A stretch of 35,473 bases of DNA, from positions 6,663,862-6,699,334 of the forward strand of contig NC_068990.1 of assembly GCF_001194135.2 (NCBI RefSeq), given 5' to 3'. How positions within the stretch are numbered: position 1 is the first letter of the stretch; every line of letters starts with the position of its first letter. A program made the translations under genes and the position numbers. The stretch is from Octopus bimaculoides (Eukaryota). Below the pieces are notes generated by a model. The model searched no databases, had not been told where the DNA came from, and saw only the letters and a list, made by a program, of their open reading frames with translations. Below are positions 23,716 through 35,473 of the stretch, one piece after another.

Positions 23716-23955
23716 CGACCGCCAACACCTCTTATGTCCATCTGCTATGTTCCTGCCTTTAGGCTTTCACTTCATACACGCCAGCTCAGTTTGATTCGTT
23801 CTCAGTCGAAAGATACCCGTTGTTATTGTTCGTATTTGTAATTGCGTACAATGTTCTCCGTTTTTTGTCTTTGTTGCCATACACATTCACTAGCTTTTTT
23901 ACAAAAAATCTAATGCTCTTAGCTTAGACATTTTGGAGGGGCAACCAGATCGAAC
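23713..23955 (+). repeat. Unclassified interspersed repeat, family E (partner 29609-29858, opposite strand)
   Basis: Shared blocks ATGTTCCTGCCTTTAGGCTTTC, CTTCATACACGCCAGCTCA, TTTGATTCGTTCTCAGTCGAAAGA, TTTGTCTTTGTTGCC, CTTAGCTTAGAC, GCAACCAGATCGAAC. Confidence 0.85.
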
Positions 23956-24545
23956 TGTCTCAAGTGTAACTGCTCGAAACAGTAAGGACTTCTAGCAAAC
24001 TTGACTGATGAAAGAAGGCCTAATTGTTGTTTCTCCTGTCCGCCTTTGTATCGTTTATCCGAATGTTTTATTGTCCTCTATTGAGTTGTTAATAGTAGCA
24101 TTTAAAGAAAGCATTCCAGTTGTGGTTAGCAATAAGTCGTCCTTGATTAAACATACTTCTGATGAACAACATTCTAAGTTTGGACGCCCGTCTTTTTTCT
24201 GAGACACTACGCACTCAAAAACATGTTATGCTATGGGTTATTCTTTTGTAGTGAGCAAATCCAAACATAAAATCTTATTCACACACACACACACACACTC
24301 ACTCACTTTCTTATTCACACATATATACACATACAAACATTCACACAGCCACGATACACACTTATATACAATATCTCACACACACATTAGTTTAGGCCCA
24401 AGTTAATAAAAACCTACGTTATTCTTAAGAACTTCATGTGAAAAATCAAAATGAATTTTATCTCAGTATTTTGTAGGCTATCTTTTTGAAAACATCACAT
24501 ACATTGATTTAATTGAAGTATTAAAGAAAAGCAGATCCTCTAGAG

Positions 24546-24864
24546 CAGAGGTTCTCAACCATTTTGTATTTGTGGACCCTTTAATTATTATTTTATTCTG
24601 GTGGGCCCCCATAGTCATTTGATGTTTAAAAACTAGTTTTGTAATAAATTCTTTCAAATTGCCTATTTTGTTTTTCACACATTAACTTCTGTAGGTTGAA
24701 GTATATAACTTGGGTCTTTCTAGCAATACATACCAATACATACATCTGAAGCAAAAATTTTTCAGGGAGCCCTTAGAACACTATTGTGGAACCCCAATTT
24801 GCTATTTTGTTGCGTGAATCCCTAAAAAACTTATATGGATCCTCAGAAACCATATGGACCACTG
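24546..24864. mobile_element. Non-autonomous hAT-type (Charlie-like) DNA transposon / MITE
   Basis: Left end CAGAGGTTCTCAACC; right end GGACCACTG (reverse complement CAGTGGTCC); 8-bp flanks CTCTAGAG (24538-24545) and ATCTAGAT (24865-24872) fit the NTCTAGAN target preference of Charlie-type hATs. Confidence 0.7.
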
Positions 24865-25563
24865 ATCTAGATTATCTGGCAATGTCTTTTGTACTTTTCT
24901 ACGACCGAACTTCTTGCCTTCTAGCAAGATTAGCTCTGTTGGAATAAGCCCAGTGCTTTCAGTAACCTATTCCAGGGATTCGATTTGATAAGTCTTTTCT
25001 TAGTTTGTGATACTTTGCTTGTATGTGTGGCATGGTTCTACATTATCTTAAAAAAAGATTGGCCTATTTTTGAATTCCTTGCATTAGAATAGACGCTTTT
25101 CAAGTATTTGAATGTCTTTTATGCTATTTAAATGATTTACACAAAATTAAAATAAAATATTTTCTTGTGTTTTGGGAGACGTCAAAAACTGAGCTTTGAT
25201 ATGTCTATCACTCCCACTGCCCCCATCCAATAACTCTTACGCCTCCATGTCTTGACTGTGTTATTTACATTTGTTAATAAATATGGAAGAGTAAACTATT
25301 TCTCGATTAGACTTTCTGTGCTGATACTAGCCGATGACTCGCCTGCGGACTAATTCTTCAATAGCTTTATTTCCCAATGGTTGTAATGTTTTTTATTACT
25401 ATCGAACTATTATTACTGTTAATCCCCAAACACAACTAGTCTGGTATGCAAAGAAGAGAAAACCTGTCTAATTAGAAAAAAGTATAACAAACGAGAGACG
25501 TCAACTGCTGGCAAAAACGTTTTGTAGGCCATTGTGCGCGCACTTATATATATGTGTGTGCGC

Positions 25564-25594
<31 letters not shown>

Positions 25595-26218
25595 CCTACA
25601 TACATACATTAATATACATATGTGTGTATGCATATGTGCGTGCGTCTGTGTGTGTATATACATATACACAAACACACACAGACGCACACACACAGACGCA
25701 CACACACATATACGAATATGTATCTATCTTTAGATACGCATACACACAAATATAAAAATATAAGTACATATATATGCGAGTGAGTGTATGCAAATGCACA
25801 TATGCAAGTACATGTTTTTACAAATATGTATATATACATATGAAAACATACACACACATATAATAAATGAAGACTAATATACTATTTCTAGTATTCATTT
25901 CAGTCATGCAGCACCATCGTTCGCAATATTTTGCGTATGTTTCTATAAAAGGGTAATTTATTTGCTCAGTAATGTATAACATTATACTATCAAATAACCA
26001 GACCATTTCGTCAGATATCTTTGTACAATTGACAAGTAAATTGAAAACAAAATACCAGTTTTAAGAACTCCGCTTATATTTCCCTTCGTATATTGTAATT
26101 GTATCTTTTGTTAGGGTTTTGAGTGCTACACAAGCTATATGTAGAGAACACAGAGAAACAAAACGCAAACATTACACGACTTTTATAATTTCACATTTCA
26201 TAACTAATAGGCACCATA

Positions 26219-26632
26219 TACTCTTTTACTCTTTTACTTGTTTCAGCCATTTTGACTGTGGCCATGCTGGAGCACCGCCTTTAGTCGAATCAAATCGACC
26301 CCAGGACTTATTCTTTGGAAGCCTAGTACTTATTCTATCGGTCTCTTTTGCCGAACCACTAATGTTACGGGGACATAAACACACCAGCATCAGTTGTCAA
26401 GCGATGTTGGGGGGACAAACACATACACACATACATATATNNNNNNNNNNNNNNNNNNNNNNNNNNNNATATATATATATATATATACATATATACGACG
26501 GGCTTCTTTCAGTTTCCGTCTACCAAATCCACTCACAAGGCTTTGGTCGGCCCGAGGCTATAGTAGAAGACACTTGCCCAAGATGCCACGCAGTGGGACT
26601 GAACCCGGGACCATGTGGTTGGTAAGCAAGCT
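26219..26632 (-). mobile_element. tRNA-derived SINE, family A, well conserved, about 20 nt missing at the 5' end
   Basis: Close match to 2181-2588; gap 26441-26468 falls in its internal TA tract. Confidence 0.9.
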
Positions 26633-27637
26633 GTTGATAAAGCACATATAAATTGTTGTAACTTAGTATCTTATAAACAATCTCTCATGCTCTGCTTTAT
26701 TTTCTCTCTCTCGAGCTGTGCAATCCGATTTACGTGGCTTGAAGAAGTTTCATTTGCAATATGGGATACATTCGATTCCATCACATCGTTCCCCACCCAC
26801 TAGAGAGCAGTGCAGAAGTAAGGTGAAACGATCGTTGCCTTAATTAAAGCTTCCAGTATACTCTGTCTTTCGCATTAATATATATATACATATAATATAT
26901 GTATGTATGTATGTATGTATGTAAGCATGTGTGTGTGTATGTGCGTGTGTATTACACAACATGCTGGTCGGTAGCAGATTTTGTGCAGTACTGTTTGGAG
27001 ATTAACCCGTATTGAGACGGCCACTGATGGGACCTTCGTCGCCTTTGCATCCCTGAGATTGCATTCTCTATTGATTCTTTCCTTTCTGAAGTTCGCTCTT
27101 CCGCTTCTGATTTCTCTTAAAATACAACAATATAATTGTCTTTAGTGCCTTGTAGTTGTTAAATATTATTTGTTCTAATCTGTTTCATTTTATAATAAAG
27201 AATATTTTCATATGCAATAAACACTATCGATGCAATATCATCCATGATCAAACATAGTTATGATGTTAAAAACTTCACCCGTGGCCATCGTGTTGCAAGG
27301 CACAGAACACAGTCCAGTGGGAACCATATCAACAAGTTTTGTTATTTTTTTTTTCGCGTCTGATATATGCAAACACTTCTGAATATTTACCTCTATGTTT
27401 CTGTAGTGATTGGCAACAGCCAGGTTTTTGTGATCACTGTTTTTGCTGTTATTGCGGATGTCATCGATGTTGATGTTGCTAATATCGTTGTCATTCATGT
27501 TGTTTTGGTGATAAATATCTTGTCCATCCAAATAGAGCCAAAAAAAAAAAAAAATGGTAAAAGTAATTTTTTAGTTATTACCGTACAATTTTCAATGCAA
27601 GTCTATATTACATTGTTTTATATATTCCGGTCATTTA

Positions 27638-28001
27638 GGGCGGTGAGCTGGCAGAATCATTAGCACGCCGGGCGAAATGCTTAGCGATATTTCGTCTGCC
27701 GTTACTTTCTGAGTTCAAATTCCGCCGAAGTCGACTTTGCTTTTCATGCTTTCGGGGTCGATTAAATAAGTACCAGTTACGCACTGGAGTCGATATAATC
27801 GACTTAATTCGTTTGTCTGTCCTTGTTTGTCCCCTCTGTGTGTAGCCCTTTGTGGGCAGTAAAGAAATAAGAAACAAGCTTGAAAACTGTACGAAGAAAT
27901 ATCATAAAACGCCCTGGGGTCGATGTAATCGACTTAATCCCTTTGTCTGTCCCTATTTGTCCCCTCTATGTTTAGCCCCTGTGGGCAATAAAGAAATATA
28001 A
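27638..28001 (+). mobile_element. tRNA-derived SINE (C) with duplicated tail and a 16-bp target-site duplication
   Basis: Head GGCGGTGAGCTGGCAGAATC...GAGTTCAAATTCC; body CTTTGCTTTTCATGCTTTCGGGGTCGATTAAATAAGTACC resembles the Deu/Nin SINE domain; tail 27785-27870 repeated at 27914-28000; TSD ATATTCCGGT(C/G)ATTTA at 27622-27637 and 28002-28017. Confidence 0.85.
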
Positions 28002-28058
28002 ATATTCCGGTGATTTACAAGAGGGGGGAAAAGTTTTTGTATAATATAATAAAACTAA

Positions 28059-28143
<85 letters not shown>

Positions 28144-28499
28144 ATTTGTGAATATAAATAAATATATAGGCGTGTATCATATATATCTATATAACCATCA
28201 CATATGCCTTGAAATGCACAATGAATAGTTTCCCTATGTGTATGTATATGCGTGTATAAGTGGACGAATGTCCCGTCCATATCCACTTATATGTGCTATT
28301 ATTATGCTTTTGATTTAGGCTTTTGTTTTTAAATTTTGTTAAAATTGTGTGTAATGACACAACCTTTATATATGTATATATCTTTTCTCCTAACGACATG
28401 ATTATAGCGGTGATCAATGTAGCGATATTTTTATCTAAGTATGTGATGATGTACATATGTAAATATGTATTAAACTATATATGTGTGTGTTTATATGCT

Positions 28500-28883
28500 A
28501 TCTCTCTCTGCTCAAGTTCGTCACATCACAGCGTTCAGTATCTCATCTCGTTCGGCCTAACGGCCCTCAACGTCTGTTTTCCCCTGTGTTGGTTTCTGTT
28601 TGCTACTTTGGAATCCTCCGCATAGCAGGTTTCACTTAATTTGCTTCGCGAGAAGAGCTATTCTAAGAGCGTGTTCTGCCTCATCTTCGAAACGCCTAGT
28701 TTAGAATAGAGGCAGCTGATGAAGGAAAATTTACATATGTGGCTTGTTTGTTTTCATTCAGTTGTCCTTAAAAAAAGTTCGTTTTCTTGCTTTGTTTATG
28801 CTCCCGTACCTTTTTTGCCCACGTTTTTTTGACGTCCTGTACTCGGATATGCATCTATATATACATGCAGATGTAGATATGTA
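28500..28883 (+). repeat. Unclassified interspersed repeat, family D (partner 6590-7015)
   Basis: Colinear blocks shared with the reverse complement of 6590-7015; runs into a gap at 28884. Confidence 0.75.
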
Positions 28884-29224
28884 NNNNNNNNNNNNNNNNN
28901 NNNNNNNNNNNNNNNNNNNNNNNNNNNNNNNNNNNNNNNNNNNNNNNNNNNNNNNNNNNNNNNNNNNNNNNNNNNNNNNNNNNNNNNNNNNNNNNNNNNN
29001 NNNNNNNNNNNNNNNNNNNNNNNNNNNNNNNNNNNNNNNNNNNNNNNNNNNNNNNNNNNNNNNNNNNNNNNNNNNNNNNNNNNNNNNNNNNNNNNNNNNN
29101 NNNNNNNNNNNNNNNNNNNNNNNNNNNNNNNNNNNNNNNNNNNNNNNNNNNNNNNNNNNNNNNNNNNNNNNNNNNNNNNNNNNNNNNNNNNNNNNNNNNN
29201 NNNNNNNNNNNNNNNNNNNNNNNN

Positions 29225-29269
<45 letters not shown>

Positions 29270-29608
29270 TATATATATCAGTATCTGCAAAGGGAAGTCG
29301 TCGATCCCATCTCCAGCCTAACCTGATACACACGGACCTGAGCTTCTGGGTATTAACCCGTCACCAGCGTGTGACAACCATCGGTTGGCGATGGGAAGTG
29401 GTTCTCCATGCAAATATATATACTCTTTCCTGTGACGAAAAGTCACTGATCTCGAAATAGGGAAAACAATTTGGTTCTTGACGTTTGATTAATAGCTCTT
29501 TATCAGAAAGAAAAAACAGAGAAGTATAGAGAAGGAAAAATTTCATGAACATACACGCATACACATATGCATACACATACATACATACATAATACATACA
29601 TACAGATG

Positions 29609-29858
29609 GTTCGATCTGGTTGCGCTCCAAAAAGTCTAAGCTAAGAACATTAGACCCCTTTATGAGAAACCTAGCGAATGTGTACGGCAACAAAGACAAA
29701 AAAAAACCGAGAACATGGTACACAATTACGAATAAAAGCAACAAAAAATAACAGGCGTCTTTCGACTGAGAACGAATCAAAATGAGCTGGCGTGTATGAA
29801 GGGAAAGCCTAAAGGCAGGAACATGGGAGATGGACACAAGAAGTGTTGACGTTCGGCA
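29609..29858 (-). repeat. Unclassified interspersed repeat, family E (partner 23713-23955)
   Basis: Reverse complement aligns along its length with 23713-23955. Confidence 0.85.
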
Positions 29859-30674
29859 GTCAGGCCAAGAAAGAAAGATCATAGCTTGCCGGACACCGGT
29901 CACGTGGAAGGAGGAGAGATGGGTAGGGGACAGCGGGAACGAAGGATGAGAAAAAAGTCAGAGACAAAGAGAAAGGTACAGGGGAGATAAACGAGTGGAA
30001 AATAGTGGGAGTTAAAGAAAGAGAGGGTCAAGAAATGTGAGAGAGGGGGAGCGAGAAAAAGGAAGAAAAATGAGAGTGGGAATAAAAGATAGAGTAAGAG
30101 TCGTACAAAATTTAGATACCTACCTACTATAAGGTGAACACTAGGGTGTAGTACGACGTTNNNNNNNNNNNNNNNNNNNNNNNNNNNNNNNNNNNNNNNN
30201 NNNNNNNNNNNNNNNNNNNNNNNNNNNNNNNNNNNNNNNNNNNNNNNNNNNNNNNNNNNNNNNNNNNNNNNNNNNNNNNNNNNNNNNNNNNNNNNNNNNN
30301 NNNNNNNNNNNNNNNNNNNNNNNNNNNNNNNNNNNNNNNNNNNNNNNNNNNNNNNNNNNNNNNNNNNNNNNNNNNNNNNNNNNNNNNNNNNNNNNNNNNN
30401 NNNNNNNNNNNNNNNNNNNNNNNNNNNNNNNNNNNNNNNNNNNNNNNNNNNNNNNNNNNNNNNNNNNNNNNNNNNNNNNNNNNNNNNNNNNNNNNNNNNN
30501 NNNNNNNNNNNNNNNNNNNNNNNNNNNNNNNNNNNNNNNNNNNNNNNNNNNNNNNNNNNNNNNNNNNNNNNNNNNNNNNNNNNNNNNNNNNNNNNNNNNN
30601 NNNNNNNNNNNNNNNNNNNNNNNNNNNNNNNNNNNNNNNNNNNNNNNNNNNNNNNNNNNNNNNNNNNNNNNNNN

Positions 30675-30776
<102 letters not shown>

Positions 30777-31789
30777 GCACAAATGGAGAGAGAGAAAATG
30801 AGAAAGAAAGAAAAATAGATTGATTGATACATGCATTCGAAGCGATTAGGGACTGAAGATTCAAAGATAGATATACTGAAAGGGGCAAATAGTGGTTTGG
30901 TACATATTACTCGCCTCAGTACGGTATGAGAAATCCTTCCTTTAATAAAAATGGAAGTTAACTTAACAGGTTTAAGTTGCTTAATAGTAGGATGGAAAAA
31001 GACAGTTAAACCATCACTGGCAACTGACACTGTGATGGAATATGCATCCAATGTCTCAGTCCACTTGCCTGTAAAGAAGTACCAGATCAGAGCGTTATTC
31101 ATCACTGTAAAAAATGACAAGACTATATAATTTATGTTCAGTTATTTCAATAGCACTGAACTTAACCACTCTACAAAAGCTGTCTTTTGAACTACGACTG
31201 TGAAATAAAAATACAACAAACATTGTCACTATTCTTATATATTGCTTTCCCAGTTTAAGACAGTGTAACAACAACAATTACAAGGGAAAAGGTTATACCA
31301 ATAACAACAAGTAATAGCGTAACTAACAATATACGACAAAGCAAGTAAATTCATAACTAAGAGCTTCAATAACTTTAATTAAACAAAACGTGAGCTGACT
31401 GCTTTGGAATTGCTCGTGGAATACAAAGCTGCAGGCATGTTGTAGAAAATTCGTGTTTATAGAAGAGAAAATGTTGTTTATACACGAAAGAGTATTGAAC
31501 AAAGATAGCTATCTTCATTTCTTTTCGTGCCAAAAGAAGCCAAATGCTGAAATCGCACATACCATCTCCCAGGTTTATATTATTAGGCAACATTGTTTAT
31601 AAATTTCATTTTCTTTTCAATCGATATTTGCGAAAATGATATCTAAGAGTAATTTTAACAGGTGTTTCTGTCAGATCTTGATATTTGGGATGGTCAGAGC
31701 AAGCGATAAGTTGGGAAATACAGGAATCGATATTGAATATCGAATTCCGTAGACTTCGTTTAGTTATACATTTTATGTGGATAGTATAA

Positions 31790-31889
31790 TAACAACAATA
31801 ACAAGAACAATAATGATGATGATAATGATGATAATAATAATAATCCTTTCAACTATAGGCCCAAGGCCTGAAACTTTGGGGGAACGGGG
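31790..31889 (-). mobile_element. Probable 3' tip of a retroelement with an (ATT)n tail
   Basis: 45-bp GC-richer segment (31845-31889) abutting an AAT/GAT tract; family recognition is from memory only, with no second copy in the window. Confidence 0.3.
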
Positions 31890-31894
31890 TTGTG

Positions 31895-32104
<210 letters not shown>

Positions 32105-32105
<1 letters not shown>

Positions 32106-32410
32106 CCCTGATGCAGTGGCTCCCATGATTTCTGATCTTAACTGATTGGAAGTATTATCATGTACATTGTTTTGTGTTGGTATAAAAGATGGGCTACAGC
32201 AAATATTCTGCTTAATACCACAGATTTGCTTGTCAGTTGCTTGACATTAACCAATTGAGCATGTCCCTAAGTGGCTGACGATATGTGCATCTCTGATCAG
32301 GAGGAGAAGTAGTGGGGGATCATCATAGCCATGTGCTGAGAGGAGTTCTTTGGGGTTTGGATAATTCATCTCTTGAAACATGGGTGTTTCGTTCAACATC
32401 CTTAAACAAC
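32105..32410 (-). repeat. Probable interspersed repeat 3' region whose tail is the adjacent (ATT)n tract
   Basis: Sharp switch from the microsatellite to ~300 bp of GC-richer sequence; recalled as a common octopus repeat, not verifiable within the window. Confidence 0.35.
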
Positions 32411-32599
32411 CATTTCACTCGTAAATATCATCACACACAACATGGACAAAAAGTTTTTCTTAAGAAAATACATATTCAAATAAGCAAACCATAATATGAT
32501 GAATAGCGCAAGTGAAACCGGTCGATATATTAAAAATTATATTAAAACTATATAAAGTGTGTGTATTTTCCTTTTTTAATTTCTTATCTATCTATCTAC

Positions 32600-32631
<32 letters not shown>

Positions 32632-32731
32632 NNNNNNNNNNNNNNNNNNNNNNNNNNNNNNNNNNNNNNNNNNNNNNNNNNNNNNNNNNNNNNNNNNNNN
32701 NNNNNNNNNNNNNNNNNNNNNNNNNNNNNNN

Positions 32732-32773
<42 letters not shown>

Positions 32774-33023
32774 TACACATAGATATGCATACACGTAGAG
32801 ACATATATCTACAGATATACACACATACATATATACATTTACAGACAATTAGAGAGACACCCAAATATACCTACTCCCATCTTCAATCTTATTTCATTGT
32901 ATTTTTCATTTCGCTTTATTACTCTGCCTTTTCATGCCTCACCATATAAGTTACTTGCCTGATGATTTAAGATTAGTATTTATATTTTATGGATGTGAGT
33001 TTATATATCTGTGTTCGACGTGT

Positions 33024-33074
33024 GACTAAAACACTTCAATGCGGTGCCCCAGCATGGCCGCAATGAAATAACTG
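33024..33074 (+). mobile_element. Family A SINE tail fragment
   Basis: GACTAAA...GCGGTGCCCCAGCATGGCCGCA matches 20120-20150. Confidence 0.55.
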
Positions 33075-33891
33075 ATTGCTCCCTTTCTTCTTTCTCTTCT
33101 ACTGCTTCTTCATCCCCCAACCATATTTTTATCTACTTTGGCATTGCTACGTTACTTGCCATGTCTTCCTTTCCTCAGTCTGTTTACCTTTTCATCATAC
33201 AAGCAAAGCACAATGTCTGGCAGACGCACAATAAGAGCGAACCTTTGATCCAGGTCTCAAGAAATGTCACTCTAATGTAAAGAACCGCAAACATTACGTA
33301 AACCTTTACTTTGGACTACTGCGTGAACTGGCGTTGAAAGCAGATTTGGTACAGAAGCAATTGTAACTGATCATTCAAGATGTGGTAAAGTCTTTTTTGT
33401 CTTCGTATTTAGATTATATATATTGATATATCTATATGTTTGTATGCACGGGTGCATTATTTGTGTGTTTATGTGTGTGTAATAGTCTTATANNNNNNNN
33501 NNNNNNNNNNNNNNNNNNNNNNTATATATATATATATATATATATGTACATACAAACCTGTCGGGACTTGCAATAGTTCCATTGTTCATTATTTCTGAGG
33601 GAAATGTGGACAGAAGACCTTATTACACACCAATAAAAATCTGTATCAGCATGAGATTCTGTTGAACCTAGAGATAACTTTACTCGTTACACTCTGTTGA
33701 GAAACCACAAAATAATCATATTTTAGTAATTGCTTTTCAAGAGAATCATATGTAATTGCCTCACATTGTCACTCATTAATTGAAATATCGTGTTTCCTCA
33801 TAAAATTCTGAAACATATTATCGTTTGCATGTGAAAACGAAATGTAGCCAAATGTAGACTTCTGAAAGAGAAAAAAATACATATGCCATAA

Positions 33892-34193
33892 GCGCAGGAG
33901 TGGCTGTGCGGCAGGAAGTTGGCTTCCAAACCACATGACTCCGGGTTCAGTCCCGCTGCGTGACATCATGGGCATGTGTCTTCTATTATAGCCTCGGGCC
34001 AACCAAAGCTTTGTGAGTCGATTTGGTCGACAGAAACTGAAAGAAGCCCATCGTGTATATATATATAATAATATTAGGGACAAAATCCAAAATTACATGT
34101 AAAAACTCAATTAAAATCAATTTATAAAAAATTAAAATTAAATTGAGCTTTACAGAGTAAAATATATATAAATATATATAGAAATGTATATAA

Positions 34194-34238
<45 letters not shown>

Positions 34239-34330
34239 TATAGGGTGATAAATTGAATATTAATTCAATTTAAAACCAAGTGGCCTAGCATATAAAAAAA
34301 TCTGAAAATTCCGTGTAATATATATGTATG

Positions 34331-34364
<34 letters not shown>

Positions 34365-34616
34365 TGTATGTATGTATGTATGTATGTATGTATGTATGTA
34401 TGCATGTATGTATCTCTGTGTGTGTTTGAGTGTGTCTGTGTTTGTTCCCCCACCGCTTCACAACCGGTGTTGGTCTGCACATGTCCCTGCAATACAGAGT
34501 TTCGACATAAGAGGCCAATAAAATAAGTACTGGAGTTAATTCATTCGACTAAAAAGTTTTCAAGGCAGTGCTCCAGCATGACCACAGTCTAATAACTGGA
34601 ACAAATAAAAGATAAA
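33892..34616 (+). mobile_element. Family A SINE with a ~370-bp expanded or interrupted internal microsatellite region
   Basis: Head and body GCGCAGGAGTGGCTGTGCGG...GAAAGAAGCCCATCG at 33892-34053; AT-rich plus TA/TATG block at 34054-34424; 3' half at 34425-34616. Confidence 0.8.
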
Positions 34617-35139
34617 CGAATATATTAGAATATATTTTGATTATGACTAAACTTATGATACATCCCAACAGTATTAGTAGGACAAGTTTCATGAAATAAT
34701 GGATCAACGTGTTTCTCCATAATTTCATATTTTGATTTCAGTTTATCGTAAGATTTCCATACACCCATTATTTTATTACTCGTTTGGGCATCGAATCTTC
34801 GCATATAATGCTACTGAATTTTTCTTATATTTTATAGCATCCTTGAATTAGCTATCTTATTATTTACTCAGACTATCTTTTTCAAAGAGGTGTTAAGGAG
34901 TAGAACGAAAATTCTGTTTACATTACTGATTAGTAATATCTGGGAGTGATATATTGGCTCCGATATAAATATCCTACGCACACTTTCTGTGTAGCCAGAT
35001 AAATGCTTGTGAAAGATAGAAGATTGCATATGCTTACCCAATCATGATGCTGACTCAGTTGCATCACGTTCTTTATCACTCAAATAATTTCCGCCATTAA
35101 TATGTCAATATCTTGTCCACCAACTTCATTTGATTCTAA

Positions 35140-35473
35140 TATACACACATACTGAATATCCGGGGCCTATTACGAACAGGCGGCAAAGACAAGTTCCTAT
35201 ACTTGAAAGACCTAGTAACATGCAATCAAGCAATATGCATGGTGCTTACCGAAACGCATCTAACACCTAATATAGCAGATGCGGAGATAAATATACCAGA
35301 GTATGCCGTACTCCGAACAGACAGAAGGGATAGAAGTCATGGGGGAGTTGCAATGTACATCCGAGAAGATGTCACACCCCTACTACTACTATCACACTCA
35401 AACTCTGTGTGTGATACTTTAATAGTACACATAAAACAAATTGATGTAGTTGTATGCTCAACATACCGTCCAC
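35140..35473 (+). CDS. N-terminal APE-type endonuclease of a non-LTR retrotransposon ORF2 (CR1/L2/Jockey-like group), partial, runs off the window edge
   Basis: 111 stop-free codons missed by the ORF track: YTHILNIRGLLRTGGKDKFLYLKDLVTCNQAICMVLTETHLTPNIADAEINIPEYAVLRTDRRDRSHGGVAMYIREDVTPLLLLSHSNSVCDTLIVHIKQIDVVVCSTYRP; contains the NIRGL, TETHL, RxDR..GGVAMYIR and YRP motifs. Confidence 0.9.

Noticed and set aside
27780-28000. Direct repeats with a spacer as a possible CRISPR-like array
   Set aside because: Only two ~87-bp units, both SINE tail sequence, in a eukaryotic context with no cas genes.

Overview
Eukaryotic, AT-rich, repeat-dense DNA with 15 assembly gaps (about 5.4 kb of N), nearly all flanked by (TA)n/(CA)n/(TATG)n/(TCTA)n microsatellites. 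The repeat content looks like an octopod (Octopus-type) scaffold; this is recognition from memory, not a database result. No host protein-coding gene can be supported, and almost all listed ORFs are artefacts of microsatellites or N runs. Supported content: (i) about 10 copies or fragments of one tRNA-headed SINE family (A) plus other SINEs that swap head, body and tail modules; (ii) two decayed Penelope-like (GIY-YIG) retroelement remnants, one bracketed by a ~145-bp inverted repeat; (iii) a minimal type I hammerhead ribozyme fold at 4927-4974, about 380 bp upstream of the first Penelope remnant; (iv) a decayed RTE-type LINE fragment and a stop-free APE-endonuclease LINE ORF running off the right edge; (v) a hAT-type MITE; (vi) two unclassified ~250-400 bp repeat families, each present twice in opposite orientation, associated with the two hammerhead core words in permuted order (GAAAC, 23-25 nt, CTGAYGA); (vii) a ~1.3-kb decayed reading frame of unknown identity next to an interstitial (TTAGGG)n tract; (viii) several foldback structures that would give dsRNA if transcribed. 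No CRISPR arrays, rRNA or intact tRNA genes were seen. Repeat boundaries are read by eye and approximate.
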